This document shows positions 63,761 to 64,000 of a DNA stretch of 64,000 nt, in pieces (the first letter of the stretch is position 1; each line of letters opens with the position of its first letter). The DNA comes from Octopus vulgaris. Lineage: Eukaryota. Made by a program: the position numbers and the translations under genes. Below the pieces are notes generated by a model. The model did not search any database and was not told the DNA's origin. It worked only from the letters and a program-made list of their open reading frames with translations. The stretch is from NCBI GenBank assembly GCA_951406725.2, contig OX597831.1, positions 25,668,001 through 25,732,000 of the forward strand. Reading direction: 5' to 3'.

Positions 63761-64000
63761 TGTGAGTTTTCAAACTCTATATTACCTAAATTACAATTGT
63801 TAGTCAAAGAAATTTAAGAGTCCACAACTTACGCACTCAATATGGTATCACTGACAAAACATGTTTCCCTGATAGCTTGCTCGAACATCTGGTACATTAG
63901 CAACTTTGACCACTAGTGCTATCTTTTAAATATAACTGAGACTAATTAATTGGCGCTGGTGCTAACAGAAGGGAAAAACTGAAACAAACGAAAATCTAAA

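Overview
AT-rich, repeat-saturated eukaryotic (metazoan) genomic DNA. The SINE families and dense (TA)n/(CA)n/(TAA)n microsatellites look like an octopus or other coleoid cephalopod genome; this rests on recalled repeat motifs and was not verified. I find no supportable host protein-coding gene, so the window reads as a large intron or intergenic region, and nearly all ORFs in the track are microsatellite or SINE translations. The repeats include three recurrent tRNA-headed SINE groups (my labels A, B, C), an RTE-related short retroposon (D), a (TAA)n-embedded retroposon end (E), decayed mariner and RTE coding remnants, and piggyBac, hAT, Tigger/pogo and Helentron-type non-autonomous DNA elements, many of them nested. 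The best candidate for a novel system is at 28425-28851: a tRNA-derived Pol III head fused to two tandem 164-nt units, each carrying a Penelope-type minimal hammerhead ribozyme motif, with a candidate target-site duplication (TSD). A second hammerhead motif lies at 10604-10689. Several long foldback palindromes and multi-hairpin segments are also present. Boundaries were read by eye and may be off by several bases.
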